Of a stretch of 64,000 nt of DNA, positions 56,001 to 64,000 are shown in pieces (position 1 is the stretch's first letter; each line of letters starts with the position of its first letter). The stretch lies in the NCBI RefSeq assembly GCF_016904885.1, contig NZ_JADWYI010000001.1:7305224-7369223 (forward strand), read 5' to 3'. The position numbers and the translations under genes are program-made. This DNA comes from [Archangium] primigenium (lineage in GTDB: Bacteria > Myxococcota > Myxococcia > Myxococcales > Myxococcaceae). The notes beneath the pieces were generated by a model that worked only from the letters and a program-made list of their open reading frames with translations, did not search any database and was not told where the DNA came from.

Positions 56001-57717
56001 GGCGCTCCTCCTCGATGGTGTCCTCCAGCTCGGCCGCGGCCCGGACCCGCTCCTCTTCCAGCGAGGCCGAGCGCGTCCGCGTCTCGTGCAGCTCCTGCTC
56101 GAGCCGCGCCGCCAGCTCGCGCGCCTGGGCCTGGAGGCGGGTGCTCTCCTGGACCTCGGCCGTCAGCCGCTCGCGCTCGGCGCGCGCCGCGGTGAGCTCC
56201 GTGACCTGCCCGCGCAGCTCGGCCTCGCGCGTGGTGAGGTGCATCTCCGCGTCCCGCCGGGCGGCCTCGGCCGTGGACAGCCGCCGGGCCAGGGCCTCGG
56301 TCTCGCGCGTGAGCCGGGACACGTCCGCGTCCTGCAGGCGCAGCGACTTCTCCGACGCCTCGCGTCCCTGCTCGACGCGGGCCACCTCGGCCTGGAGCGA
56401 CTCCACCGCGGCGAGCGCCGTCGAGTGCTGCTCGGCCAGCCTCACCTCGCGCTCGCGGGCGGCCTCCGCCTCGCGGCGCAGGGCCTCGGCCTGCTCGCGC
56501 GCGCGATCCGCCGCGAGCCGGTCCCTTTCCCGCTCCACGCGCAGACCGGCCTGCTCGTCGCGCAGGCCGCGCTGCTCGGCGTAGGCCTGGGTGAGCCGCT
56601 CCCGGGACTCCTCCAGCGAGGTGTGCAGCTCCTCGCGGCGCGCGCGCTCCAGGCGCACGGCCTCCTGGGCGGCCAGGGCCTGGACCTCGGACTCCTTGCG
56701 GGCGCGCTCGGCGGTCTCCACCTCCAGGCGCTGCTGGGCGAGGCGCCGGTCCGCGTCACCCAGTCGCTCCTGGGCCACCTGCAGCTCCAGGCCGGTGCGA
56801 CGCAGGCGCGAGGCCAGCTCATCCCGCTCGCGCAGGGAGTCGGGCGAGCCCCGCGCCAGCTCGAGCTGGGCGGACAGCCGCGCCACGTCCTCGCGCGAGG
56901 ACTCCAGCGCGGGTTTGATCGACACGAGCTCGGTCTCGCGCTCGGTGAGCTCGGCGCGCACGCGGGTGAGGGACTCCTTGAGCCGTCCGGCGCGCTCCTC
57001 CCAGCCCTTGCCCCGCTGGGCCACCTCGTCCAGCTTGCCGCGCGTGAAGGCCAGGGGCTCGGGGGGCAGTTGCACCCAGGTGGGGTCCACGACACGGGCG
57101 GGCTCCTGGCCGGCCACCACGAGGAAATAGGCCGCCTCGCCGCCGCGGATGAGCGAGCCGTCCACCTGCAGCCCGTCCCCCTTCTCGAAGGCGAGCTGGT
57201 AGCCCAGGACGGGGGACTGGGTGGCGACCTCCACGTGGGAGAAGTGCGGCGAGAGCGCGTCGAGCAGCTGGCCGTACGTGGGCGGCGCGCCCTCGTCCAC
57301 CTCCATCAACTGCCAGAGGGCCAGACCCGCCACGTTGCGCAGGCCGCCGATCAGGTGCCCCTGCCGGCCCACCAGGCGCGTCAGCTCGGCGAGCAGCATG
57401 GGGGCGCGCACATAGGGCGCCAGGTCCGCCACGAGCACGAGGTCGAAGCTGCCCGGCTCCAGGTCGTCGTAGACGTTGGCGCGAAAGCGCAGCGCGGGGC
57501 CGCCATGGGCCTTGTGCGCGGCCTCCACGGCCTGGAGGTCGGCATCACACGCCACGACGGAGCGGGCGCCGCGCTCCAGAAGGAAGCGCGCGCTCTCCCC
57601 ACCGGTGGTGGCGATCGCGTCCACTTCCAGGACGCGGCGGCGGGCGAAGAGGCTCTCCGCGAAGATGTACCGGGGCAACAGCTCACTGGTCCCCAGGCGG
57701 CGGAATGTAGGATGCAT
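53041..57717 (-). CDS. giant (about 1558 aa) coiled-coil protein with N-terminal Rossmann/methyltransferase-like domain
   Basis: N-terminal 230 aa has an MTase-like fold (RRVLEVDAIATTGGESARFLLERGARSVVACDADLQ...FDLVLVADL). Then about 1300 aa of Ala/Glu/Arg/Gln coiled coil, including about 20 tandem 21-aa LEAERQQRAQ-type repeats. Start set at MHPTFRR to leave a 100-bp divergent promoter region. Confidence 0.6.
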   Translation of the reverse strand: MHPTFRRLGTSELLPRYIFAESLFARRRVLEVDAIATTGGESARFLLERGARSVVACDADLQAVEAAHKAHGGPALRFRANVYDDLEPGSFDLVLVADLAPYVRAPMLLAELTRLVGRQGHLIGGLRNVAGLALWQLMEVDEGAPPTYGQLLDALSPHFSHVEVATQSPVLGYQLAFEKGDGLQVDGSLIRGGEAAYFLVVAGQEPARVVDPTWVQLPPEPLAFTRGKLDEVAQRGKGWEERAGRLKESLTRVRAELTERETELVSIKPALESSREDVARLSAQLELARGSPDSLRERDELASRLRRTGLELQVAQERLGDADRRLAQQRLEVETAERARKESEVQALAAQEAVRLERARREELHTSLEESRERLTQAYAEQRGLRDEQAGLRVERERDRLAADRAREQAEALRREAEAAREREVRLAEQHSTALAAVESLQAEVARVEQGREASEKSLRLQDADVSRLTRETEALARRLSTAEAARRDAEMHLTTREAELRGQVTELTAARAERERLTAEVQESTRLQAQARELAARLEQELHETRTRSASLEEERVRAAAELEDTIEEERQHAEQRLARALTEERARTQEARDEASRERSAREALEQAAAALEHQLRMEEAAREEATHSVAALKEQRQDWADERGVLRRRLAEVEASLAELERVRASDVESIARLDGELQATQGGISAERDARLQAEVERDRAHVELSLEVEARAALDASFTQLQAGLTTERQHMAEAQEQLARVRAEAKAEHQRRLLALEEGTKLQKALEAERQQRAHLEAGARELQEALEAERRQRTQGDAGSRELQAALEAERQQRAQRDAELRALQEALKAERQQRAQGDTGLLALQATVEAEQRQRAQVEAALLEIQGTLDAERQQRAQVDEALEETRGVVKTGRQQRAQVEAALAEAQRGLEAERRQRAQVDEALAELRIALEAEQGARSGSEEALAQAREALEAERRRGTESTTSWEASLATERAHRARAEASWGLTQQELEAEQRQRADVEVSLANTEGELEAERERRAFAEESLTGTRSELEAEREQRERAEQSLSRVRSERDTERLRLAETDASLTGKDEALEAERLRRSEAEASLAGRDAALAAERSQLAAAREELEGEREQRVFAEDALTQARVELEGEREQRADGTRSLSIFQEELAAEQRRRAALEVALEEKDEAQARAQAEWSAELDAERAGKARVEVSRAKLQAELGTERKQRAELETSLASMSAAWDVERETRARAEAALGTAQAEERESLARLQAELDTERRQRAETEGLFAAEREEAESVLAAVRAELEAARSERAELEASRGVLRQLVESLEVRLASERDTLATAQAREAATTLEREARKREAVESRMELEGLREELTQAREAATQLEAFRFQAHQASMALQQAHMTLRERELLVEDLQTQLVETKAKLSSESEHQDLLAVKLETARRIAGKATSLETALEEARAARVAAEERLARLEADTARLSAESEQLKTELAEAQAARERAEERLLSLEAPPTALARAPDSVQDIYARANAELNAVKNELLRRPKGGTSSPASPSSKSEEPG
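54250..55550 (-). repeat. 63-bp tandem coding repeats (21-aa LEAERQQRAQ units) inside the giant coiled-coil gene
   Basis: Repeated GAGGCCGAGCGGCAGCAGCGCGCCCAGGT-like units on the coding strand. Coordinates are approximate. Confidence 0.6.
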
Positions 57718-57819
57718 GCGGTAGAGCGGCCGAGTATAGCCCCGGGGAGGGATGTCCCTAAGGAATGCACCCGGGCTTGTGCCTGGCCGCATCGCCCGGA
57801 CGAGGGGAGAGCAAGCGAT

Positions 57820-58602
57820 ATGAACTCGACGATGAATCCGCGCCCGGGACTGGGCCATCGGGCCGCGACGGCCTTCACCCGGCTGCTCGTCACCCTGCTC
57901 GTGCTGGGCCTGGGGGGAGCGGTGGCCTTCCTGCTGTCCCAGCTCAATGCCCGCACCTTCTCCTTCGCCCAGGAGAACGGCCAGCTCGTGGTGATGAAGG
58001 GCCGGATGCTGCCCATGGGGGCCCTGCCCTACCAGCCCGGGGACGCGCGCCAGGCGGACGCCTATGCCCCCCTGACGGTGGAGGGCCAGGACGTGTCCGG
58101 GCTGGTCGAGCGCCGGTTCTCCGAGCGGGACGAGCTGGACCGGGCGCTCTTCTCGCTCCTGGAGTCGCTCGCCCGCTACAAGGTGCTCTCGGACAAGCCG
58201 GCCGAGCTGGAGCGGGGGCTGTACTACCTGCGGCGCGCCGAGCTGCTCTCGGGCCTCACGGACGAGCAGCGCCGCTCGCTGGCGTCGATGAAGGCGGACG
58301 TGGCCTTCTTCCAGGCCAAGCAGAAGCTGGAGGAGGCGCGCCGGGGCGTGAGCGAGGCCATGGTCCAGCTCAAGCTCGCGGCGGAGAGCCGCAACCGCAA
58401 CACGCCCCTGGCCAACCAGTTCCTCACCACGGTGGGGCCGGCCGCCCAGGCGCTGGAGCAGGCCCTGCGCGCCGCCGAGGCCAGCCTGGGCAACACCCCG
58501 GCCGAGCAGCCGCCCCGGGAGACGCCCCCCGCCGCGACGCCCACCGCGGCCCCCGAGACCCAGCCCACGCCCGACGCCTCCACCCCCCCCAACGCCCCAT
58601 GA
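57820..58602 (+). CDS. membrane-anchored hypothetical protein with Pro/Thr-rich C-terminus
   Basis: GGGGAGAG RBS 8 nt upstream. N-terminal TM helix (LLVTLLVLGLGGAVAFLL). Divergent from the giant coiled-coil gene. Confidence 0.5.
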   Translation: MNSTMNPRPGLGHRAATAFTRLLVTLLVLGLGGAVAFLLSQLNARTFSFAQENGQLVVMKGRMLPMGALPYQPGDARQADAYAPLTVEGQDVSGLVERRFSERDELDRALFSLLESLARYKVLSDKPAELERGLYYLRRAELLSGLTDEQRRSLASMKADVAFFQAKQKLEEARRGVSEAMVQLKLAAESRNRNTPLANQFLTTVGPAAQALEQALRAAEASLGNTPAEQPPRETPPAATPTAAPETQPTPDASTPPNAP

Positions 58603-59066
58603 CGACGACCCCGGTGCCCCCCGAGATGAAGCGGCTCGCGCCCTTCGAGAAGACCCTGCGCGAGGCGGCCCGTGCCTACCCCGAGACGACCGAGGACTTC
58701 CCCTGGGGCCACCCCACGGTGAAGGTCAAGGGCAAGGCGTTCGTGTTCTTCTCGCTCAGCGCGGAGGGCCTCTCCCTGTCCGTGAAGCTGCCCCACTCCC
58801 ACGAGGCGGCCTTGATGCTGCCGTTCGCCCAACCCACCGGCTATGGCCTGGGCAAGAGCGGCTGGGTGTCGGCGCGCTTTGGCGCCAAGGACACGCCCCC
58901 CCTGGAGCTGCTGCGCCAGTGGCTCGACGAGAGCTACCGCGCGGTGGCGCCCAAGAAGCTCGTGGCGGGCCTGGACGGCGGAGGCACGCCCTCGGCCCGA
59001 AAGCCCCCGGCCGCCAAGAAGCCGCTGGCCGCCAAGAAGGCCGCTCGCCGCTCCCCCCGGTCCTGA
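58599..59066 (+). CDS. MmcQ/YjbR-family predicted DNA-binding protein
   Basis: EDFPWGHPTVKVKGKAFVFF is the family signature. ATGA overlap with the upstream gene. Lys/Ala/Pro-rich basic tail. Confidence 0.6.
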   Translation: MTTTPVPPEMKRLAPFEKTLREAARAYPETTEDFPWGHPTVKVKGKAFVFFSLSAEGLSLSVKLPHSHEAALMLPFAQPTGYGLGKSGWVSARFGAKDTPPLELLRQWLDESYRAVAPKKLVAGLDGGGTPSARKPPAAKKPLAAKKAARRSPRS

Positions 59067-59091
59067 TCTTCCGAGCAAGGAGTCTCTCCGC

Positions 59092-60048
59092 ATGGCTTCC
59101 CCTTCGCAGGTCCGCCCCGTGGTCCTCCTGGGCGCGCGTGACGATGCCCACGTCTCCCGCCTGGCCCAGCGGCTGGGGCAGGAGGGGGTGGTGGCGCTCG
59201 TCGTGGACACCCTCGCCTTCCCCGAGGACACGCGCCTGGCGCTCACGGACGCGCTCGACGGCATCCACGTGAACGGGGGCGCGCTGCCGACCCCGGGCGC
59301 CGTCTACCTGCGCGGCTACCATGGCCACCCCCTGGCCTTCGGCGTGGACGCGCGCGAGGCCATGGACGACGACTGGCGCACGACGCTGGTGGCCTTCCGC
59401 GAGAAGTCCACCCTGCTGCGGGGGCTGGTGGGCCGCTGGGAGGCGATGGGCATTCCCGTCTACAACCCCGAGTCCACGAGCTGGCGCATGCCCAAGCCGG
59501 TCCAGCTCGCGCTGCTGGCCCAGGCGGGGCTGCCGGTGCCCGAGACCCTCTGGACCAACGACTCCGTGGCGGTGCGCCGCTTCGCCGAGGGCCGGCGCGT
59601 GGCCTACAAGCCCGTGGACGGGGGCGCGGCCACGCTGGAGCTCGGCCCGGGAGACCTGAGCGACGAGCGGCTCGCCGCCCTGGAGGCCGCGCCGGTGACG
59701 TTCCAGGAGCTGCTCACGGGCGAGGACCTCCGCGTCTACGTGCTCGACGGGGAGATCATCGCCAGCGTGCGCATCCACTCGCGCGCGATCGACTTCCGCG
59801 GCCACGAGGAGCGGCTCGAGTCCATCACGCTGCCCGACGAGGTGGCCCGGCAGTGCCTGCTGGCCACGCGGGTGCTGGGCCTGCGCTGGACGGGGATGGA
59901 CCTCAAGCGCGATGCCCAGGGCACCTGGCGCTTCCTGGAGCTCAACGAGTCGCCCATGTTCCTCGGCTTCGATGCCCGGGCCGGCACGGACATCCTGGGG
60001 CACCTGGCCCGGGGACTCGCCCGCGCGGCTCGCCTGCCTGCTCCTTGA
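59092..60048 (+). CDS. RimK-like ATP-grasp ligase (candidate graspetide macrocyclase)
   Basis: AAGGAG RBS 9 nt upstream. ATP-grasp motifs (KPVQLALLAQAGLPVPET, VAYKPVDGGAA, ELLTGEDLRVYVLDGEIIAS, MDLKRDAQGTWRFLELNESPMF). 318 aa. Confidence 0.65.
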   Translation: MASPSQVRPVVLLGARDDAHVSRLAQRLGQEGVVALVVDTLAFPEDTRLALTDALDGIHVNGGALPTPGAVYLRGYHGHPLAFGVDAREAMDDDWRTTLVAFREKSTLLRGLVGRWEAMGIPVYNPESTSWRMPKPVQLALLAQAGLPVPETLWTNDSVAVRRFAEGRRVAYKPVDGGAATLELGPGDLSDERLAALEAAPVTFQELLTGEDLRVYVLDGEIIASVRIHSRAIDFRGHEERLESITLPDEVARQCLLATRVLGLRWTGMDLKRDAQGTWRFLELNESPMFLGFDARAGTDILGHLARGLARAARLPAP

Positions 60049-60233
60049 ACGAGGAAGGGAGCAAGGGGCCGACATGCCGTGGGCCTGCCGATCACGCCTG
60101 CCCGCCCATGCGCCCCGCTTGGTCTCCCCACCCCGAAGGCACAGCTTGTGTTCGAGGGCGCACAACGGACACGCGTGACGCCCTCGTCACCATGGGATGG
60201 ACCCGTGGGATTCAGTGGCTTCAGGAGGCGGTC

Positions 60234-60386
60234 ATGAAGCACGAGAAACAGGAGCAGAAGGTCAAGAAGATCAAGGAGCTGTTCGTGAAGGAGCTCGCCC
60301 GCGCCGAGGGCGACGTGCAACCGACTCACGCGGCGGCGATGGATCAGTACACCACGCTCGCCTTGGGTGAGGAATCGGGCAGATAG
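60234..60386 (+). CDS. candidate graspetide (group-2, TTxxxxEE) precursor peptide, 50 aa
   Basis: AGGAGG 5 nt before the ATG. MKHEKQEQKVKKIKELFVKELARAEGDVQPTHAAAMDQYTTLALGEESGR: Lys-rich leader and C-terminal TTLALGEE. Lower GC than the surroundings. Confidence 0.5.
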   Translation: MKHEKQEQKVKKIKELFVKELARAEGDVQPTHAAAMDQYTTLALGEESGR

Positions 60387-60477
60387 TTTCAGTCAAGCCG
60401 CGCCCAGGTCATGGGCACGGGACAGGCACGGCGGGGCTCCCCCGCCGGTCTGCCTGGGGCGCCTCGAGCCGCTCGCC

Positions 60478-61011
60478 CTATTTGCCCTTCATCAGGCCGA
60501 TGAACGGCAGGTTGCGGTAGCGCTCGGCGTAGTCCAGGCCATAGCCCACCACGAACACGTCATCGATGACGAAGCCCTTGTAGTCGATGGGGATCTTCGT
60601 CCGGGCGCGCGCGGGCTTCTCCAGCAGGGAGCACACCTTGAGCGACGCCGGGTGGCGGGCGCGCAGGTTCTCCAGCAGGAAGCTCATGGTGAGCCCCGTG
60701 TCGATGATGTCCTCGATGACGAGCAGGTGCTTGCCCGCCATGGGCTTGCTCACGTCGGTGGTGATGCGCACCTCGCCGGTCGTCTCGGTGCCTCCGTGGT
60801 AGGAGGACACCCCGAGGAACTCGACCGTCAGGGGCAGGTCCACGTAGCGCGCCAGGTCCATGGCGAAGAAGGCCGAGCCCTTGAGCACGCAGATGAGCGT
60901 GAGGTCCTTGCCCTGGTAGTCACGGGTGATCTGCTCGCCCAGCTCGCGCACGCGCGCCTGGAGCTTCTGCTCGTCGATGTGGATGCCGACGTCCTGCTCG
61001 TAGAAAGCCAC
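60478..61011 (-). CDS. hpt: hypoxanthine phosphoribosyltransferase
   Basis: PRTase motif LLVIEDIIDTGLTM. Overall HPRT sequence. Confidence 0.8.
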   Translation of the reverse strand: MAFYEQDVGIHIDEQKLQARVRELGEQITRDYQGKDLTLICVLKGSAFFAMDLARYVDLPLTVEFLGVSSYHGGTETTGEVRITTDVSKPMAGKHLLVIEDIIDTGLTMSFLLENLRARHPASLKVCSLLEKPARARTKIPIDYKGFVIDDVFVVGYGLDYAERYRNLPFIGLMKGK

Positions 61012-61050
61012 GGGATGACCCCTTCCACGCGTCCGCGTGGGTGATGAAGT

Positions 61051-61653
61051 TCAGTTGCCGAACAGCTCGAGCGTCTGAGGCGGCGTGGCCTCGGTGGGCT
61101 CGGCCCGGTGGCACTTGCGGCAGCGCGCCTCGTAGGCGCCGGCCGCGCCCACCACCACGCGCTCGCCGCGATCCACCAGCCGCTGCGAGCGATTGGCGGG
61201 ATTCCCACACACGACGCAGATGGCCAGTTGCTTCGTCACGTACTCGGCGATCGCCAGCAGCTGCGGCATCGGCTCGAAGGGACGGCCCTGATAGTCCTGA
61301 TCCAGCCCGGCCAGGATGACGCGCAGGCCCCTGTGCGCCAGTGCCTCACACACCGCCACCACCTCGCTGCCGAAGAACTGCACCTCGTCGATGCCCACCA
61401 CCTGCGTGTGGGGAGAGAGATGACGGAAAATTTCTTCAGCCCGTTCGATGGGAATGGAGGTCAATTTCAACTGGGAATGGCTGACCACCTGGGTCTCGTC
61501 GTAGCGGTTGTCGATCCTCGGCTTGAAGACCTGGACCGCTTGCTTGCCATAGACGGCGCGCTTGACGCGACGGATGAGTTCTTCCGTTTTTCCGGAGAAC
61601 ATCGACCCGCAGATGACCTCTATCCACCCGATGTCTTTGGGGAATTGGTGCAC
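61051..61653 (-). CDS. tdk: thymidine kinase
   Basis: P-loop GSMFSGKTEELIRR and C-terminal zinc ribbon CVVCG...CRKCH. The start is uncertain. The long upstream frame is unlikely to be translated. Confidence 0.7.
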   Translation of the reverse strand: MHQFPKDIGWIEVICGSMFSGKTEELIRRVKRAVYGKQAVQVFKPRIDNRYDETQVVSHSQLKLTSIPIERAEEIFRHLSPHTQVVGIDEVQFFGSEVVAVCEALAHRGLRVILAGLDQDYQGRPFEPMPQLLAIAEYVTKQLAICVVCGNPANRSQRLVDRGERVVVGAAGAYEARCRKCHRAEPTEATPPQTLELFGN

Positions 61654-61828
61654 GCGAGGAACTCGATCGGGGTGGGGGTTGGAGCGCGGGTCAGCTCTGA
61701 CACGCCCCTCCTGGCACGTCAACTTCCCGCCCCCCGCGACCCGAGGCCCCACACGCGCCGTCCGCCCCCGGCCCCGTGGCAAGCATCTTGAATGACGTTG
61801 CTTCGGGTTCAAACCGGGGAGGTCTTGG

Positions 61829-62197
61829 GTGGCGACGACGACGACGCAGACGCAGGTGGCGGGTTGGGGGATCGAGGGTGCATCTTTTCACATCACCCCC
61901 GCGGCGGCGCTCCTGCTCGTGCTCAACCTCTTCGATGGCCTGTTCACCCTCACCTTCCTGCAGATGAACGTGGCCGAGGAGCTCAACCCGCTCATGCGCG
62001 TGGCCTATGCGCACTCGCCCCTCTCGTTCATGGCCGCCAAGCTCACTATCGTGAGCCTGGGCCTGATGCTCCTGTGCCTGCACCGCTCCATGAACATGAG
62101 CCAGCGGGCGATCCAGGCAGGGGCCGCGCTTTACACCGTCATCGACATCTACCACCTGGCCTTCCTGACCCACCTGGTCCGGGAGACCGTCGTCTGA
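61829..62197 (+). CDS. small integral membrane protein, hypothetical
   Basis: Three predicted hydrophobic helices. The start codon is uncertain. Confidence 0.4.
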   Translation: MATTTTQTQVAGWGIEGASFHITPAAALLLVLNLFDGLFTLTFLQMNVAEELNPLMRVAYAHSPLSFMAAKLTIVSLGLMLLCLHRSMNMSQRAIQAGAALYTVIDIYHLAFLTHLVRETVV

Positions 62198-62288
62198 CAC
62201 ACAACCAAGCCCCGACAGACTTGCTTTTCCGGGCCGGTCTGACTCAGGCTCCCCCCAGCACTGGACCTGCGAGGTCCTTGGGGGGACC

Positions 62289-62591
62289 ATGAACATCACC
62301 GACGTGAAGGTGTATCCGGTTGAAGAAGACAAGCTGAAGGCCTACGTGACCATCACCCTGGACCACTGCTTCGTCATCCGTGACTTGAAGGTGATCCACG
62401 GGGCTTCGGGCCTGTTCATCGCGATGCCAGCCAAGCGGCGCAAGGATGGCACCTACAAGGACATCGCGCATCCGCTCAACGCCGACACGCGCACGCAGAT
62501 GGAGCGCGCCATCCTGCTGGAGTACGAGCGCCAGCAGCAGACGGGCCTGGGCGCCCTCGGCGCGTTCATGAGCGCGGCCGAGGCGGACTGA
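62289..62591 (+). CDS. spoVG: septation protein SpoVG
   Basis: MNITDVKVYPVEEDKLKAYVTITLDHCFVIRDLKVIHGASGLFIAMP is canonical SpoVG. Confidence 0.85.
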   Translation: MNITDVKVYPVEEDKLKAYVTITLDHCFVIRDLKVIHGASGLFIAMPAKRRKDGTYKDIAHPLNADTRTQMERAILLEYERQQQTGLGALGAFMSAAEAD

Positions 62592-62636
62592 GAGAACTCT
62601 TCCCTTCCGCCACGGGGCGCGCTAGGAGCGCGCCTC

Positions 62637-63587
62637 ATGGACGCGCGCGACTTCAAGGTGTTCGCCGGAAGCTCCAACCCGGTCTTGGCCCAGCGGATTT
62701 GCGATTACCTCAAGCGCCCGTTGGGCAAGGCCCACGTGGGCCGGTTCTCGGATGGGGAAATCCATATCGAGATCGGCGAGAACGTCCGGGGACAGGACAT
62801 CTTCATCGTCCAGTCCACGTGCCCGCCGGCCAATGATCACCTGATGGAGCTGCTCATCATGTGCGACGCGCTCAAGCGCGCGAGCGCCGCCTCCATCAAC
62901 GCGGTCATCCCCTACTACGGCTACGCCCGGCAGGACCGGAAGGTGGCGCCGCGCACGCCCATCACCGCCAAGCTCATCGCCGACCTGCTCGAGGTCGCGG
63001 GCGCCACGCGGGTGGTGTCCATGGACATGCACGCCGGGCAGATCCAGGGCTTCTTCGACATCCCCACGGATCACCTCTACGCCTCGCCGGTGTTCCTGGA
63101 GGACGTGCGCGAGCGCTTCCCGGACACGCACGAGCTCGTCATCGTGTCGCCGGACGCGGGCGGCGTGGAGCGGGCGCGCGCCTACTCCAAGCGGCTCAAC
63201 TGCGGCCTGGCCATCATCGACAAGCGCCGGCCCCGGCCCAACTCCTCCGAGGTGATGAACCTCATCGGGGACGTGTCGGGCAAGGACGCGCTGCTCATCG
63301 ACGACATGGTGGACACCGCGGGCACGCTCACCCAGGCGGCCATCGCGCTCAAGGAGCGGGGCGCGCGCCGGGTGCTCGCCTACGCGGTGCACCCGGTGCT
63401 CTCCGGGCCCGCCATCCAGCGCATCCAGGACTCGCCCCTGGAGGAGATCGTCTTCACCGACACCGTGCCCCTGTCCCCGGCGGCCCAGGCCTGCGGCAAG
63501 ATGCGTGTCATCAACACCGACCGGCTCTTCGGCGAGGCCATCGCGCGCATCCACCGCGCCGACTCGCTCAGCTCGCTCTTCGTGTAG
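62637..63587 (+). CDS. prs: ribose-phosphate pyrophosphokinase
   Basis: VFAGSSNPVLAQRICDYL, the PRPP-binding loop DDMVDTAGT, and GEIHIEIGENVRGQDIFIVQS. Confidence 0.9.
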   Translation: MDARDFKVFAGSSNPVLAQRICDYLKRPLGKAHVGRFSDGEIHIEIGENVRGQDIFIVQSTCPPANDHLMELLIMCDALKRASAASINAVIPYYGYARQDRKVAPRTPITAKLIADLLEVAGATRVVSMDMHAGQIQGFFDIPTDHLYASPVFLEDVRERFPDTHELVIVSPDAGGVERARAYSKRLNCGLAIIDKRRPRPNSSEVMNLIGDVSGKDALLIDDMVDTAGTLTQAAIALKERGARRVLAYAVHPVLSGPAIQRIQDSPLEEIVFTDTVPLSPAAQACGKMRVINTDRLFGEAIARIHRADSLSSLFV

Positions 63588-63767
63588 CCGGACGAGCGCG
63601 GTCTTGACTCCGGGCGCCCGGGCTGGCATGTGGCGTCCTCAACCCCCCACGCTCCTGTTCACGAGGAACGCGGGCGCTGCTCTTGGGGCCCGCCACGGGG
63701 GCGGGATGCCAGAGGCGCCGGGACGTGGCGAGGGCTCCACCGCAGTCCACACACCTGAGGAACTTCC

Positions 63768-64000
63768 ATGTCCACTGACAATCGCACGCTCGAGGTGAAG
63801 TCGCGTGAGGGCCACGGCAAGGGCGCCGCGCGCCGTCTGCGCGGCCAGGGCCTGGTGCCCGCCGTCGTCTACGGCAAGCACCTGGAGAAGCCCCTGTCCA
63901 TCGCCGTCGACCCCAAGGCGGTCCGCGCGGCCATCAACACCCCGCACAAGTTCAACACCCTGCTGACGCTCAAGGGCGTCGCGGGCGACCAGCAGGTGCT
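63768..64000 (+). CDS. rplY: 50S ribosomal protein L25 / general stress protein Ctc (5' partial, runs off the window)
   Basis: REGHGKGAARRLRGQGLVPAVVYGK is the L25 N-terminal signature. GAGG RBS. Confidence 0.8.
   Translation, partial: MSTDNRTLEVKSREGHGKGAARRLRGQGLVPAVVYGKHLEKPLSIAVDPKAVRAAINTPHKFNTLLTLKGVAGDQQV

Noticed and set aside
53437-58602. 1721-aa plus-strand ORF
   Set aside because: It is the antisense frame of the giant minus-strand coiled-coil gene. It is Leu/Arg/Gly-rich, low-complexity and has no start context. Only its last 260 codons (57820-58602) form a plausible separate gene with RBS and TM helix.

Overview
This is a 64-kb window of very high-GC DNA (about 70%). Several signatures point to a myxobacterium (Cystobacterineae-like): two members of the myxobacterial TIGR02265/DUF2378 paralog family, many lipoproteins, giant Ala/Glu/Arg-rich coiled-coil proteins and multidomain response regulators. 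I cannot name the species from sequence alone.

The conserved backbone I can support is:
- a DMT transporter, a DTW-domain protein, an S41 protease and a CcdA-thioredoxin (DsbD-like) protein;
- a complete ISC Fe-S cluster operon, iscS-iscU-iscA-hscB-hscA-fdx, followed by a free-standing tRNA-Leu(CAG);
- a minus-strand mevalonate-pathway operon, fni-HMGR-MK-MVD-PMK, with a translationally coupled DUF4846 gene at its end;
- htpX, a histidine kinase coupled to an M16 peptidase, dapF, two unusual response regulators, and hpt-tdk followed by spoVG-prs-rplY (L25, cut by the window end).

Three places look accessory or unusual:
1. At 59.1-60.4 kb an ATP-grasp ligase gene is followed by a 50-codon ORF whose C-terminus carries a TTxxxxEE motif. 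That is the group-2 (plesiocin-type) graspetide core, so this is a candidate minimal RiPP cluster and my best candidate for the undescribed system.
2. At 46.1-48.8 kb a 2.66-kb low-GC islet, flanked by 290-bp direct repeats that duplicate the 3' end of a response-regulator gene, carries a 548-aa protein with a kinase-like N-terminus and a CMP/dCMP-deaminase C-terminus. That matches the dCTP-deaminase antiphage family.
3. At 9.4-14.2 kb a rearrangement hot-spot lies between two convergent genes. It contains duplicated 3'-end fragments of both flanking genes, a low-GC orphan gene, a Cys-rich lipoprotein and an FG-GAP beta-propeller gene with 171-bp tandem repeats.

Many long ORFs in the six-frame track are antisense or shadow frames typical of 70% GC DNA and were rejected. 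Start codons are inferred from RBS, signal peptides and gene overlap, and coordinates may be off by 1-3 nt. No database searches were possible.
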